Shown piece after piece: positions 62,430 to 64,000 of a DNA stretch of 64,000 nt. Every line of letters starts with the position of its first letter. Position 1 is the stretch's first letter. The stretch is from Basidiobolus meristosporus CBS 931.73 (lineage: Eukaryota; Fungi; Basidiobolomycota): contig MCFE01000140.1 in the NCBI GenBank assembly GCA_002104905.1, forward strand, positions 1 to 64,000. The letters are read 5' to 3'. Both the position numbers and the translations under genes were made by a program. The notes beneath the pieces are model-generated. The model was given only the letters and a program-made list of their open reading frames with translations, was not told the origin of the DNA and made no database searches.

Positions 62430-63780
62430 TGTTAGATAACATTGATATACTGGTAGGCTGAACATAAGACCAACTGACTTCACTAGAAACTGATCTAACT
62501 TAATCATTCAAGTGGAGATCACAACTTTCTCCCCTACTAAAGCTGAAATGGACTTTGTCTGACATTCTTGAATGAGCAGGTCTATTGTGGCTCAAACTTC
62601 TTTCATGTTTTGTTTCTCAGCAATACAAAGTTCCCAATAGTCAATGCTTCCAGTGATGCAGTCTTATTCAATCTCTGCTTAATCTTTGCTGCACATTGAG
62701 ATACTTTGTCCTGTGCCTCTTGATGTCTTTGTTCCAGCCGCTGATGTCTACCTGGCTGACTGAGTTCATCCTTCTAAGGTATCTCTAAAATTTAGTTTTG
62801 CAAGATTTCATGGAATCCTTGGTTCACATTCATTGACTAAGTAAAATGGCAATGGTTGGGTAAAAAGTGCTTGGTCTGTAAACTCATTACATCTCCTAAT
62901 AGCGCCATTTACATGTTTGGTCAGCATTTTTGCAAATAGTCCATTAAACTGCTCAGTAACTCCATTAGTTCTAGGTTAATATGCCAAGGTTTCAGGTGCT
63001 TTATCTGCTGCATTTTCAGGTAAGCTTCTAATGTCATTGCTGTGGAGTTTGCTCCTCAATTGGATAAAATCTCTACAGGGCATCCAAACTTCATAAGGAC
63101 CTCTTGGTAGATGAAACTTGCAACCTCTGGCTCACTGACCACCAGTACAGTTCTAGCAACTGGCCATTTACTGGCATTGTCAATTGCTATTGGGATACAG
63201 CAGTTGCATTTCCTGGTGGTTGGCAATCTTCCAATAAGCTCAATTCCCCAACTCTCAGATGGGCTCACAGGCTCCAAGGAAAAGAGTTAAGCAATTATCT
63301 GTGGTTGGCCTTGATTGATTTGGCAGTTTGGGTATGTTTTCACCATTTTCTCAGATCTAGTTTCATTCTGGACCACCATGCTCTGACTTTGGCATGGCTA
63401 TAGGTTCATTCAATTCCAAGAAGGCCCTATCCATTGTGTAGCTTGTATATCAAATCCAGTTTAGCAAAATACGGGCAATAGGCAATAGGGCTTTCATCAA
63501 CAATTTAGTAAAGTGTTTCATCCTGTACTACAATTTGTTGGCTTCATCCCAGATTATCTTCATGATCTCTTCATCCACCTAATTAGGAGTGGCTTGGTTC
63601 TCCAAGTACTTTGGTGATAGGCTAGGCCAATCTGATTCATGCACCAAGTTGAGTTGTGCGACTTGTTCTAGTTTTGATAAGGCATCAGCAACTGTCTTGT
63701 TTTTTCCAGGGCAGTAGACAATCACCAAGCCAAATTGCTGAATGTATTTACTTCATCTTGTCATTCTTCTGGAGAGTACC
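62430..63780 (-). pseudogene. Ty3/gypsy RNase H end and integrase remnant
   Basis: YCPGKNKTVADALS, WGIELIGRLP..AIDNASKWPVA..FGCPVEILS, HPRTNGVTEQFN; multiple stops. Confidence 0.85.
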
Positions 63781-64000
63781 TTCTGAGTAAATGTTACAAG
63801 TCTTTGCATAAGAGTTGTAGAGGAATAGGAAGTTTGGTTAGTATTGTATTCACTAAAACTTGAACTGATTTTTATTGAGGATCCAGCAGCTCCTTATAGA
63901 CATTTTTGCCAGATCAATTGCTGACTAATTGTATTTCTTAATGTAGGTTGTGGCTGATGACTCATTTGATACATCATCATCACCCAATAAGATTCTACTT

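Overview
This is eukaryotic DNA, most likely from an early-diverging fungus. The evidence is short GT-AG introns of about 50-110 bp with CTAAY-type branch points and a relic of a bacterial-type NRPS; a Basidiobolus- or Mortierella-like host is an inference. The window has three compartments. (1) 1-5.4 kb holds relics: a shattered NRPS (A-PCP-TE), a copia solo LTR, a probable LINE RT remnant and a piggyBac-like pseudogene. (2) About 6-27 kb is a CpG-rich gene island: a BAHD-type acyltransferase, a small secreted orphan, succinate-semialdehyde dehydrogenase, a Ppn2/ApaH-like metallophosphoesterase, a hypothetical protein, a ~1,130-aa gene fusing a six-bladed tectonin beta-propeller, a class-3 lipase and a PLAT domain (carrying two single-base frameshifts), a vertebrate-PMS1-type MutL homolog, the NUG1 GTPase, queuine tRNA-ribosyltransferase and a GC-rich orphan ORF. 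(3) 27-64 kb is a CpG-depleted transposon nest. It contains about six copies of a CCC-terminated EnSpm/CACTA-like family with a divergently transcribed second ORF, three families of solo LTRs (4- and 5-bp TSDs), one full-length Ty1/copia with TSDs and an empty site in the same window, and older copia and gypsy remnants. The strongest candidate for a novel system is the tectonin-lipase-PLAT fusion. I saw no rRNA, tRNA or CRISPR array. All alignments and counts were done by eye, and TE boundaries without TSDs are approximate.
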